Under the pieces are notes generated by a model that did no database searches, was not told the origin of the DNA, and saw nothing but the letters and a program-made list of their open reading frames with translations. From Callorhinchus milii (lineage: Eukaryota), in the NCBI RefSeq assembly GCF_018977255.1, contig NW_024704742.1, positions 100,318,001 to 100,382,000 of the forward strand: a DNA stretch of 64,000 nt, written 5' to 3'. Made by a program: the position numbers and the translations under genes. Of this stretch, positions 1-12,240 are shown one piece after another. The first letter of the stretch is position 1. Each line of letters opens with the position of its first letter.

Positions 1-364
1 AATAAAAACGCCCCAGCTGAATAAACATTCAGCTGATGAAACATACCTACAAATTTAGGTCCCTCTAAGGAATAATTAGGTGACTAAGAATTCAGTGATT
101 AGGGCAAAAAACAATTCACACTTAACCAGTGACTGGACTCCTGTGTGGGGTGTTGATATAAAATGTGTTTCTATCTTCAGAGCTAAGTAAGAAAGATTAC
201 GGCAAAAAAGCCTTTCCTATAACAGATTGCCCACCACTGTCATTGCCACTTGTCATGACTCCATCATAGAGTTTTTCCACAAGTTCAAGTAGGGTTCAGG
301 AAGAGGTTCCAATGATTTAAGAAGCTGACACAATCCAGAGAGGCTGAGGGAATTTCCAGCAGGA

Positions 365-600
365 CTCGATAGTGCTGTGGGTCAGAACTCTTTCCTTTTA
401 CCTGTGGGACCAGGGTTTGAATCGACTCCAGACAGATATGATGGATTGAAATGAAAAATTATATTGTATAGGACCTTAAGTGAAATAATTAGATGTGTTA
501 ATCTTCTATGTTGGAAGAACATAAAACTGCTCGTCATTGAGAATTAATTGACTAGAATTATTTATTGAGTATGACTGTCGGGCATGCAAAGAGAAGTTTT
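365..600 (+). mobile_element. Old tRNA-derived SINE remnant, LF-SINE-like
   Basis: ccttttacctgtgggaccagggtttgaatcgactccagac...gtgaaat resembles the LF-SINE 5' region (from recall); heavily diverged. Confidence 0.35.
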
Positions 601-969
601 CTAATTGATATTATACTGCACATGCTTTTCTGAACCTTTGAAGTTTTAGGAAAGTACAGTAAACTTTTCTCTAGATCTAACTTAACCCATCCTGTTCTCA
701 TACTTGATACCAACTGTGTGCAAAAGAAAGCAAATTAAATTACTAATTTTCAAAATTAATTCTACAGAAATTATTGCTTTTTTTTACCCTTCCCAACAGC
801 GATTTTGTTAATAAAGAATTGTTTTTAAACTCACAACATTCTAGCAGTTTCGGTAAGTATGCTTGATTGCTTGAGAAATGTGTAGAAGCTTAATGTGAGT
901 ATTGCTTGGAGCAGATGTGTTACCAATGTAGTTAGTTTGTGAACACTGAATGCCAATATTTACTTTTAG

Positions 970-1131
970 AGTTTAGATGTGGGACACCAACAGCAGCCGA
1001 ATTTGTCAAACAAATGTGCTCGGTCTTCAGAACCAGCTCCTGTGACCACACCACGTGAAACAATAGAATATAAAGCTGCACTAGAGCTGGAAAAGTGGAA
1101 GGAATTACAAGAGGATTTGTTTGAGAACCAG
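970..1131 (+). CDS. CEP120: CEP120 internal coding exon (first in window)
   Basis: ttttag|AGT...CAG|gtacat; 162 nt, phase 0; encodes ...[27 protein letters not shown], matching the start of the CEP120 coiled-coil region. Nearby AGs at 970-971 and 975-976 make the start slightly uncertain. Confidence 0.9.
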
Positions 1132-1998
1132 GTACATCTTATTGTTTTTGGCAGAAATGAAAGCTCCAACGCAATACATCATCACTGTACTAGTTGCAAT
1201 TAATATGCATGTGTGTGGGGGGTGGGGTGAGGGGGGAACAGATAAAAACTGAGAAATGAAATAAGCCCTGGATTGGATAATCTTTATATTTATATTGTTA
1301 CATTTTCAATGGTAGAAAACATCCTGCTTGCCTCTACAACTGAGTTCCTGCTGCAAATTAACGCATTTTAAAAATAACACTTCCATCAGTATTTGAAGTA
1401 TGTTTATAGTCACAGGAAAATGTTTTGTGAAAAATGTATTGTATTTTAAGTTTGCATGATGGGATCACATTGAAAACTATTTGTAATTTTTTTGCACCCT
1501 AAAAGTGTTGTTTATTTTGAGAAGTACTATGATGCAGGAGGAAATGTTCTAGATTCTGAAAATATAAATTTAAATGGTGCTATTTGCATGCTAGTTTTGC
1601 TCAAATCCTCACTCACTTATCTGTAGCTTTAGTTTCCAAATTAACCTCTGTAGCTTGCAGTAAGTGGAGCTGGTACAGTTGTGTTTGAGGGGAACTGTTA
1701 GGGAGGTATCCTGAGCCAATAGTTAATGGGCAAGTGATGGAACGTACCTGTTTCATCAAAGTGGGATTAGCTATTTCTAGTTGATTTAAGAGTTGCACAA
1801 AATGCAAGTGTCTGCTTTTTATCTCCTTTCATTGGAATTAGAGAGCATTTGTAAGCTTGCTGTTTTTTAACCTGCTGTTTTTTATCTACTTAACGTTTGC
1901 TGATGAAATCAAAACCGACGTAATCAAAACCGATGCAGTGTGTCTCTTTTCATGGTGTATGTTTCAGTGTTCATTTTCTCTGCTTGTATCTTTCTTAG

Positions 1999-2106
<108 letters not shown>

Positions 2107-2334
2107 TAGTGTCTTACACTCTGGGAGAATATCCCAAAGTGCTTTATATTGGTTTGGCACTCGGGTGGAGAGGGGAAAGTTGATCACAAGCTCAGACAAA
2201 AAGGTAGGTGTTGAGATGGAACCTTGAATGAGATGAGGGAGCGAGTCGGAGGAACTGTGGGAATGAATTTCAAAGAGCCAGAGAATTGGGTCTGATGGGC
2301 TGAACGTCCACCTGCTGATAGGGTGAATACGTAC

Positions 2335-2738
2335 TTACATTGGAGCAGAGAAGCTTGAGGAGGAACTGATCGAGGTATTCAAAACTGAGAGGTTTTGATA
2401 CTGTAAATAGAGTTATTTCTGTTGATAGAGTTATTTCTATTGTGGGGAAATAGTTATAACAAGAACAGTGTTATAAGAACAGAGAAAGACCAATTTAGGA
2501 AGGATGTTTTCACCCAGAGAGTTGTTGGCATGTGGAACTCCCTGCTGAGAGGGCAGAGGAGGCAGAGTCCATTGTAGCTTTCAAGAGGGAAGTGGATAGG
2601 CATATGAAAGAGAAGGGCTTGAAGGGGTATGGGGATAAGGCGGGCGGTTGGATTGAATTGATCTCCTTGCTCTGTGAGCTGGTGCTGACTAGATGGACCA
2701 AATGGCCTCTGTCACTTGCTGTAGATTTCTGTGTTTCT
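2335..2738 (+). mobile_element. CR1 LINE 3' fragment
   Basis: Decayed LEQRSLR..LIEVFK..FTQRVV..W..LP..AFKREVD..GYG; CR1 3' UTR with a tttctgtg-type tail. Confidence 0.8.
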
Positions 2739-3639
2739 AAGTATTTTGAGGTTACTTTTTTAAGATTACATATGTTAACAGCAGTACCTGATCCCCTTAC
2801 TACTAGCTGTCAGTGACTTTCACTGATTTCATTGTTGGTTACTCATTGTTGGTTACTAACATCCACAATGCATTAAGTGGATGCATTAAGTGTTCCTCCC
2901 TGAAATTCCTTCTGGTTGGTGTGATGATAAAATGATCAAACATGTAAAACAATTTAAAGAAATATGAGTTTCACTACATTGCTAATCATATATTTGACAG
3001 TTCCATTTAAAAAGCACATTTTTACTGCACTTGTGTTCCTGCCAGTAGCAGCAGATCAGGTTGTTAGATTTAAAATTGTGTATCATATATCAAGGTTACT
3101 AAAGTAAACCATAGTAAAATGTAATCTATAACAACATTATAGCAAGTGACATTGGAATTTCTTTCCCCTCGCTAAGTGCAGTTGCACTAGCTCTTCGGCA
3201 GACTTTGATCGCTTTTGTTATGAACTAGTACTTTTGGCACTGTAGCCTGTTTAATAATGTACATTTTTCAAATGTGCTTCCTCTGTTGAATTGCTTACTT
3301 ACTGTTAAATACATTAATTCTTCTGTTAGTAATTTCATAAACTGTTTTCATAGGAGTGAAGATGTAGAATAACTAAATATAACTCCAATTCTCTGTAGTG
3401 CTCTAATTTGGGTTTATGCTTATTTCTTGGAAACTAAGACAAAATGGTACTTGTTTGTGCTGTCTTTAATGCTGATCAGAGAGATCAGGAAATCAGATTT
3501 TTTTTTGCTGTTAAAGGACCAATCTTGATGGTCATGGAAAGAATAACTCACAATGATGGACTGAGAAAGATCTAATTTTATTTTGGCCAAGCATGTTTCT
3601 GACGTACGCAGAAACACATCTCTGTGCTTAAGAACATAT

Positions 3640-4300
3640 AATAGATTTATATGGTACCTTTCACTTTGGAGGACATCACAAACCTTGACACTGTAGGCTG
3701 GGCACCTGAGCTGGGGATGGAAGCTGATGGGGAGAGGAAAAAACGACCAAACTTGTAGTCAAAGAGGTACGCCTTGACATTGGTCTTGAATGAGGGGATG
3801 GAAGGAGTAAGTCGGATGGACTCTGGGGAAGAATGCCTAAAAGCCAACCCATCTATGGTGGGAGCCATGAAGCAGACTAGTGTTTGCCAAGCAAATGGAG
3901 TGGCTGGGTCAGTATGGATGAAGGAGGTTGCAGAGGTCGGAGCCAAGACCATAGAGGGAGTTGAAGGTGAGAATGAAGATATTAAACGTGATTCACTTGG
4001 GGATGGGGAGACAGTGTAGCCAAGCAAAGGTGGGAGTGATAGGCTCACAGAGCCTAGTGTGTGAGAGGGCAAAGGCTGCAGAGTTCTGGGTAGTCTGTAG
4101 CCTATGTTGGGTAGAACTTGGGAATCCAGTGAGTTGGGCATTACATTGTCAAGTCTGTAACCAATGCCAGAGAGGAAAGGTAGTGACAAAGGTGAGCATT
4201 GTTTCAGAGGTTAGGGAGAGCTGAGTGGGTAAGAGCGCAGATGTGGGGTTTGAAGGACAGTTTAAAACTCTTTAACAAGACACAGAGATTCTGCACCACC
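3640..4300 (-). mobile_element. Old L2 LINE 3' fragment
   Basis: Minus-strand PTIDGLAF...SFKTNVKAYLF motif and a degenerate L2 stem-loop tail near 3645-3690. Confidence 0.7.
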
Positions 4301-4301
4301 A

Positions 4302-4755
4302 AAACAAGATTCCATTTATAGAGCGCCTTTCACGTCAGGAGGACGTCCTAAGGCACTGTACAGTTGGGTCAGGACCCGAGCAGGGGGGAAATGGTCAGGA
4401 TGAGGGGAGGGAAGGGAGGGAGCGAGGAGGGGGGAAATGGTCAGGGTGAGGGGAGGGAAGGGAAGGAGCGAGGAGGGGGTAGAGAGTCGAGGGGAGCTGA
4501 AGGCACGGTCAAAGAGAAAGGTCTTGAAGGAGGAAAGGGAGGAGGCGGCGAAGGCACTGGGGATAGAGTTCCAGAGCCTGGGGGCTGAGAGGCTGAAGGC
4601 CCGACCACCGATGGTAGGGCGATTGGGGCGGGGGACGTGGAGCAGACCGGAGCCAGAGGAACGGAGGGTATGGGCAGGTAGGTAGGGGGAATAGTAGGTC
4701 AGAGAGGTAGGAGGAAGCAAGGCCATGAATGGCCTTGTAGGTGAGGATGAGGATC
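4302..4755 (-). mobile_element. Young 5'-truncated L2 LINE
   Basis: ILILTYKAIHGLA..YLSDLL..RTLRSS..PTIGGRAFSLSAPRLWNSIP; near-identical to 42870-43335; stem-loop tail. Confidence 0.92.
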
Positions 4756-5016
4756 ACCTCATCACCAGCTCCGCAACCACTGCAGATTTATGCTTACATT
4801 AAACTGTTTCTCTCGCCCTGTGCTGTTACGTGCAGAGTTATTTAGGGCTCTGTCTCGGCCCTGGATCCTTGCCCGTCTTTGCATCTATTTGCTTCCACTC
4901 AGTGACAACATACGAAGACATGGGTTTCATAAAGATGGTTATTCCCCTATATTTCTGTTCTGCAACTGTTAGCGTTATATAGATGAAATTTATCACCTAA
5001 ATCACCTTTATCACCT

Positions 5017-5340
5017 GTGGAGTCCTGTAGCTCAGTGGTTAGAACACTCGCTTTGCAAATGAGAGACCTGAGTTCAATTCCAGGCAGANGCGAAACCTTG
5101 GGCAAGTTTCCTTACTCCACACAGAGCCTAATAATAATCCCTTCAAAAATCAAAAACAATAATAAATTGGTCATTTTCAATCTACGACTGTTTGTGGGAC
5201 ATTGCTGTGCGCAATTGGCTGCCGCGTTCGCCCACAAATATACAGTCAATTCACTTTGCAGTATGTTCTGTGAAGCGCTTTGGGACGTCCTCCCGACGTG
5301 AAAAGCGCTATATCAAATGCAAGGATTATTATTATTATTA
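5017..5340 (+). mobile_element. Full-length tRNA(Ala)-derived SINE with L2-type tail
   Basis: A box TAGCTCAGTGG, B box GAGTTCAATTCC, Deu-like core (gtttgtgggacattgctgtgcgcaattggctgccgcgtt), stem-loop and (TTA)n; at least 8 related copies in the window. Confidence 0.92.
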
Positions 5341-5659
5341 AATACAACAACTTGCATTTATATAGAGTTTTTCACAGGGGTAATATCTCAGAGCCCTTAA
5401 AATAGAATAATGTTGAAGAATGTATTCTTTTCTCAAGTTAAAAAGAAGGGGTTTGGTTGGAACCAGCTCTTGTATCGCATGGCAACAATATACATTCGCT
5501 ACATTTTGCAGTAAAGCTTGTGAAGTGCTTTGAGACAGTTCATCAAATGCAAGGATTATTACGTTTTCATTGTATGAATCATAAATAGTGATGCATTTGT
5601 TGTACACTTGTGGAAAGCAATTTTACAATTACCTTTCCCCTTTTTGGCATTAATCATAG

Positions 5660-5752
5660 GTGGCTGAATATGCTGTGTTAGAAGAGCAGCTGCAAAAAAC
5701 CTTAGCAGATCTGGAAAAAAGGGAACGGCAACTTGCTAACGGTGAATTGGAG
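5660..5752 (+). CDS. CEP120: CEP120 coding exon
   Basis: catag|GTG...GAG|gtaaat; 93 nt; VAEYAVLEEQLQKTLADLEKRERQLANGELE. Confidence 0.95.
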
Positions 5753-6309
5753 GTAAATGTGCTGCAATTTATTTTACCTTGCTGAAAACTTTTGAGTAAA
5801 ATCTTTTATTTAACACTGTTCATCTGCCTTTTTAATGTGGTATGAATGCTCAAATGACAGATTCACAGTGTAAATATGTAATTTTAAAAAAAAACTACAG
5901 TGGTACCTACAGCAGATTAATTCCTGGAGAAAATTAAAAGTTCATCTTTTCCCACATTCAAAACTTTTGACTTTAACTGAAATGTTTTGAAACTAAATTT
6001 TACTTCAGGTTAATATGTTGGCACTGCAATATGAGTTTGGGACAGTTCAGGGTGAAATCCCTCAGTCTCCTCGTATGAACTGTAACTTTTTATATAAGTA
6101 GGCTGATAATCTCCTCATAACACTTAACTGAAGATTTGATGCATTTTATAGCATTGCATGACTATCCACCCAATAAACCTAACATTATAGAGTTTATTGT
6201 ACAGTTTAATTCTATTCACATCTAACAAAACAAAGTGCAGGAAAGACATTGTAGATCTTCCAATCGTATGGTCCATCTTCCATATGTGATTAAAATCATC
6301 ATTGTTCTA

Positions 6310-6750
6310 CAGTAAAACCCACAGAAGTTGTATCAGTTGGGACCATAACATTTAATATGACTTTCATGTCTGAGTTACAGACAAACTTGTATAAATCGTA
6401 TAAAATCCGATTTCATCAATCATCTCCACCTCACATGCATAATTCAATGCACTTGGTAAGTGCGCAGCCCGTGATTCAATGGGTCTTGACTGGTTGCTGT
6501 ATGTGCACTTACCGGCAAGCATTGGAATCACATTGAATCACAGGAAATGAAGTTCTTCTGTGCATGCAGCAATGGGTCAAGACTACGTATTCTGTGATTC
6601 ATTGCAGCCCGCCGGTAAATGTGCATGCTTCCGACGGGTCAGGACGTCATTTCCCATGATTGATAAAATTCCTTCATTAAGATACGAGTGGTGCAAAGAA
6701 ATCTAAACGGTTTTAGATTTATAAACATAAGACTTATGCAAGTTTTACTG
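6310..6750. mobile_element. Non-autonomous Tc1/mariner (pogo/Tigger-type) element
   Basis: TA|CAGTAAAACccacagaagt ... acttatgcaaGTTTTACTG|TA; degenerate ~19-bp TIRs, TA duplication, internal inverted repeats. Confidence 0.7.
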
Positions 6751-7360
6751 TATTATGACTTTCAGTTGAAGACTGGAATAAAAATTGTTGGAAATATTGA
6801 TTTTGCAAGAAAGTCATTTTTTTTGAAGAACTGCTGATAAAATCAAATCTTATTTAGTATCACAAAAAATATTCAATGTTGTATTCAATTGCATGGTCCA
6901 GCTTGACTGTATTTTTTATATAAAACTGTAAAATCGAAACCACTTGGGTTCATTAGCAAATCGATATGAAAGAATCATTTACACATTTCATAGTGTAAGT
7001 CGATGTAAATCTGTTTTGTAAGGGGCTTCAGAGATTCTTCTTCAGCATTTCAGGTGTGATAAATTACTCTACCGGTTCTGTCTCAAAATTGTGAGAATAA
7101 TATCCAGCAATGGTTTGCAGACACTGTCAAAGGCTTGCAGACAGTTTTTCAATATTCCTAATCGTATTGAAAGTACACTTCAAATTGGGTTTCTGGTCAC
7201 TCCATTTTCTTGGAAATACAGTTCTCTGAATTAAAGCAGTCCATATGTTACTAAAAATACCTCCGCCTGGATGTTTGTGGACTAGAAATAGTTGGGTATA
7301 CATTGGCACGCTTGGTTTCTGGCTGCCTGTGGAGTCCATAAAGCTGCATGACCTAATCTT

Positions 7361-7811
7361 ATAATAATTATAATAATACTTGCATTTGATATGGCACCTT
7401 ATTATGTTGTCATTCCATCCAAAAGCACTTCACAGGAATTATTGTAAAGTAATTGGTGGGTGAACACGGCAGCTAATTTGTGCACAGCAGTGTCCAACCA
7501 ACACGTATGAAGAAATGACCAATTTTATTTGGGGGATTGATGGCCAGGACTCCAGGAGAAAAATCCTTCTCTTTTTTGAATAGTGAGAGGGGATCTTTAA
7601 CAATGAAGATTAGCACAGGCAGATGGAACCTCAGTTTAATGTGTCGTTCAAAGGACTGCATCTCTGACAATGTAAAACCACTTTGCATCTCTGACAATGC
7701 AGCACTGCATTGGAATGTCATCTTGGACTATGAACTCAAAGATTCAATGTGGGACTTGACCCCACAATCTTGTGACTCGAATTGAGAATGGTACCAACTG
7801 AGCCAGACTGA
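7361..7811 (-). mobile_element. Old Deu-domain SINE (SacSINE1-like)
   Basis: Minus-strand tRNA head (ggctcagttggtacc...gggtcaagtcccac), Deu-like core and L2-type tail. Confidence 0.75.
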
Positions 7812-7984
7812 TGTCTAATCTTAGTTTTGTGAGGGATAAAATAGAAATTCACTCCCAATAATTTGAATCTGGTACTGTGCATTAAATAGTTTCCCATTAT
7901 GTGGGATGACATGTCTGGAGTGATGTCTAGTGTTTTTTTAATAATGAAATTTTGTGTGTAAGAGATGCATTTTTTTGAATGAAG

Positions 7985-8146
7985 CTTCATAGACTGAAGA
8001 AAGAGTTACAAGATGACCACGATCGGACCTTACGGGAAATGCACGACACCATTAGACGCGTCAATGAAGACTCTGTCCATCAGGTGGAACTGGAAAGGTC
8101 AAAGTTCAAGGTTCTGGAAGAGGATAAGCTACGACTACAACAGCAG
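7985..8146 (+). CDS. CEP120: CEP120 coding exon
   Basis: ttttttgaatgaag|CTT...CAG|gtaagc; 162 nt; [54 protein letters not shown]. Confidence 0.93.
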
Positions 8147-8300
8147 GTAAGCACTCTGCTATATGGCCAATGTAAGAGTTCTGACCTCTTCGCTGTAAAA
8201 TGCTGTTCAGGCTAAATGCTGGACTGATTGGATCACTGTTGGTTAGTGCCGCTTATTTATTGCGTGCTGATCTCATCCTAAATCTAAATGTCTAATCTAA

Positions 8301-8537
8301 ATCCATTGGTGGGAGAGCCTTCAGCCACTCTGCCCCCAACCTCGGAAATTCCATCCCCCAATCACTCAGTCTCGCCCCCTCCTTAGCCTCCTTCAAGATC
8401 CGCCTTAAAACCCTCCTCCTCGACCATGCCATCTGTCAGCCCCCTTCTTCCGCCCCCCCAACCCCAGCTCAGGTCTGAAATGCTGTACACTGTCCAGCGC
8501 CTCGGGACATCCTCCCGACATGAAAGGCGCTATACAC
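8301..8537 (+). mobile_element. L2 LINE 3' fragment
   Basis: IGGRAFSHSAP...SFKIRLKTLL; tail gggacatcctcccgacatgaaaggcgctatac. Confidence 0.85.
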
Positions 8538-10897
8538 AAAAACATGCACCCATGGAAATCCTTTTTTAAAATTAAATTTTGAATTTTAAAATTAAATTAA
8601 CAATAACACTCCCAGTGTTACCATTTCAGTATGAATGAATCGAAGAATGAGTAGCTACACTTTTGTGCCCATTTATGTTCTGACTGTGATAATAGAGGTG
8701 TCTGCATCATTCAGGGGATTTCACTCTCAGACTCCATCTCCTGGAGAATGTTTCATCCTTTTCTTTCATTTAGCCAAAGTGATTTTTAAGCTATAATAGG
8801 AAAGGGACATTTAATTCTGATTTTACATTACATTATCCATACATTTCAGCTTTCCGAAAATCTGGATCATATTCCATCTCTTTTACCAAGGAGGAGTCCA
8901 GTTGCATTTGACTATCCTCAAACTTAAAGCAAATCCCAGAACTCATTTCTTTTCTCTGAATCTCCAAAACAATGACTGAAATTGCACAGAATATTCAATT
9001 TTGACTATTAAATTTATGGAACAGATAACATGCCTAAATCTACTTAAAATCAAATGCAATTGATGATTTGTGAGACTTAACTAACATTAATAAAAATGCA
9101 TTTACTGGGTGCTTGTAACTTGTAGTGAATGAATCATCGATACAAATCCTTTCTCCTTTTCCACCCTAGTTATTCAAAGATTTACAAAGAATATCCAGCA
9201 CAGAAACAGGCTTTTTTACCCAACCAGTTTGTGCCTCATCTTGCTTTTACATGTACGAAAGTGCATAGCTTTACATATTTCTACATTTAAATTGAGTCAA
9301 TTCTTTATTTCATATGTCCAGAAATTTTGGAAAAAACATTTAGACATGTACACTATATGTGTGTGTCAACAACAACAAATTACACTTGTATAGCGTCCTT
9401 CACATCGGAAAGCTTAATGGGCATTTAGCTTGATGTGGGGTGTGATGTTGTCTCCAGCTTGTCTGATGTTCAAGTCTTTCCCATTGTTGGTGTCTTTTTT
9501 GATAAGGTACTAAAATCTAGTCTGTTGGAGTGAGTATATTCAGCTTCTGTCTCTTTCTAATCTGAGTCTCTGATTCTACAACCATTGGTGTCTAGCTTTG
9601 TAAATAGGATCTAAATGTTCCAGTCTCACTAGCTGGCAGGCCATCTTACACTGTTGCCAGTTCACTTGGACAGTTACTATGACATTGGCTAATTTTCAAA
9701 TAGATGAATTTGTCTGACAAGGTTATTCCTTATGCATATAGTAAACTACACCATGAGTTATTCTCACGTAAGGGTAGTGCTATTCTTGGTTTAAATGTTC
9801 CAAGATTAACGTTGGGTTGCTGTGTTGGTTTTCTAATATCCATTGGGCTTAAATCAGAACCTTAGAGCATCATTTAAAGCTCAGTAGTGATGTTTCCATT
9901 TCCCACAATGACCGTCAGTATATTTTAGGAAGCTTTGTCATTTGGATATAAAATGACAGACTGTTCACAAAGTACTTTTTAGACATGAAAGAAAGTTCTG
10001 ACAGCTTTGAACTGAATCCAAGTGCTTTGTTTCCCATTGGATCTCAGTTGGCGAATATAGTGTAGTTCTTGCTGCAAATGTGAAAAATGCTTTATAACCA
10101 TAATTAGTTGGATTCTAATAGGACCCTGCTGTACATATTTGTGTAATGTTGACCATGATCATATTTCTGTCAGATGATCTATTGTTTTGGATTGCGTTCA
10201 GATACATTTCAATGGTTACTAAATTGCTGATGAAGTTTTTCCAGCAACTTACATTTTTATCTCTGCAATCTGTATGTTAATTTAAACTTCAGTTTTCAAC
10301 TACTGCCAGAGTTCAAAACAGGTTCTTTCTCTGCAACCCATCATGTATATTATAAGGTCAGAGGTATTCAGCATTAGAACATTAATCAGTGAAATCCTGA
10401 TGCTTCACTTCTTAAAAATTGTTACTCAGCTATTGTCCAAAGAGCCATTTTTCATTTACCCAGGAGAGTGAGATTCTTAAAGAAATGTGATCCATGTATC
10501 TGCTATTCAGTTAATGAAGTAACACTTGGTAAATAATTGTATGGTTGTTAAAAATTACATCGCATATGTTGTGCAAACTGACAAAAAGAGTTTGCTGAAT
10601 CGATGGATAATTAATGATGTGCTGTAGAGGATTAAACCAGTTATGTGTCGCTGCTTTGTGTCTTTGCCTGCACTGTCAGCAGGATGTAAACAATGAAATT
10701 ATTCATCCATTTGCAAACCAGAACTAGATTTGTGTTTCCAGATTCTCACAGTTAGCCTATATATACTTGTGTTGAGTTAGAAGTCCATTTGAATGTGGTA
10801 TTTTTTTTACACACCATCTGCTTTATGTCTGAGGGATAAGTTGAGTTTCTTTAGTTTCTTGAAAGTTCATTTTTATTCTCCCTTGAATCCTATCTAG

Positions 10898-11020
10898 CTC
10901 CATGAAGCAGAACAGAAGTACAAACTGCTTGAAAAAGAGTTCCATCAGTACAAGGAGCAGCAGAGCAGCAAACCTGAAATTCGACTGCAGTCAGAAATCA
11001 ATCTTTTAACTCTTGAAAAG
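10898..11020 (+). CDS. CEP120: CEP120 coding exon
   Basis: tatctag|CTC...AAG|gtagag; 123 nt; [41 protein letters not shown]. Confidence 0.96.
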
Positions 11021-12169
11021 GTAGAGAACATTTGTAAACTGCAATTTGAAAAACAATTGTGCATTATAAAATGCAGGGCAAAATCTTTATTGTGAGTTTA
11101 AATATAAATTAATTATGAAATCCATGTAATTTTTTAAAAAAAGATGCACTAGCTGTAAACTTAAAGGCTTGCTTTGGAGTACGTATTGAACCAGATCGAT
11201 TGCCCTTGCAAACTACACTACCTGGTAAAATGAACTGGAGTGGAAAATGACTACACTTACAGCAAGCAATTGGACCCTTTTGCGATCTAAATAGCTCAAG
11301 CACTAAACCCTTCTCCCTGGGGAGTAAAATCCAGACAGATTAATTTGGAATTGTTAGCCCTATAATGAAGCCCTCAATCGCGATGAACATAACAATACTA
11401 ATTTTCACTCTTGAGAGAATAAAGTGTGCATATATTTTATTTGTGAAGGGATTTTTTAATGTGTTTTTAATTAGAATTGTTTTTGTGCTTTTAAATTGTT
11501 TTAATATGAATAATTAAATTAGATTAAGTTTTACTGTGGTTTTACTCATCTATTGCTTGAACTTTTGAAAATGTGAAATGTAATCTTTATCTTCCACCCT
11601 CTTGCAGGGAATTGTATTCGGTCAGAGGCTTATCTGTTTGAGCTTTCAAACCGTAATTGTGTCTTTATATTGTTTTTATTGTTACTAAATTTCTTTAGCA
11701 AATTTAAAAATAATTTCCTGTTGCATAAGATACAAATTTTGATTATCATATTTGTGCTTTTTTCAATTCCATTGGTTTCAGGTATTTGGCTACTGTTTAG
11801 ACGATCATACAAAATAAGAAGATAATTGTGCAAATGAACCAAATGTAAATTATTTATTAGGTACAGATTGACATTGACGAGGTGTGACAAAATATATAGG
11901 TTTGAGTAATTTCCAGAATATAACGTTATGCTACAGAACAAATGTAAATACTTTTGAACACAACAGATATTTTGCTGCCCCTGCCCCCATCCCCACCACA
12001 CAAGACTTCAGAGCAATAAACACCAGGCCTGGATAACACAAGTTTATATGTATAAGCTTATACAACTTTTCAAACTGCACTTATTTCTACGCAGAATGCT
12101 TTTCAGCCACCAATTTAATATTGCGGCAAACCTACTCCCCCAAAAAGTGTTTGACGTTTCCCAATTATT

Positions 12170-12240
12170 TGAAGCTCTTTGGGACGTCCTCCCGACGTGA
12201 AAAGCGCTATATCAAATGCAAGGATTATTATTATTATTAT
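12170..12240 (+). mobile_element. SINE tail-only insertion
   Basis: Near-exact match to the last ~70 nt of the 5017-5340 SINE, with (TTA)n. Confidence 0.85.

Noticed and set aside
15..36. CAGCTGAAT-AAAC-ATTCAGCTG hairpin next to CTGATGA
   Set aside because: No helix II or correctly spaced GAAA box; a 9-bp stem is unremarkable in 64 kb. Other CTGATGA hits (~1900, 10227, 38032, 49400, 63800) also lack the architecture.
7971..7984. Unusual AAG acceptor
   Set aside because: AAG acceptors are uncommon but normal; exon length and frame fit CEP120
9420..9900. Possible RTE or Penelope coding remnant on the minus strand
   Set aside because: Only very short motif-like peptides (WERLEHQTSWRQ, RKPT); cannot be supported without a search
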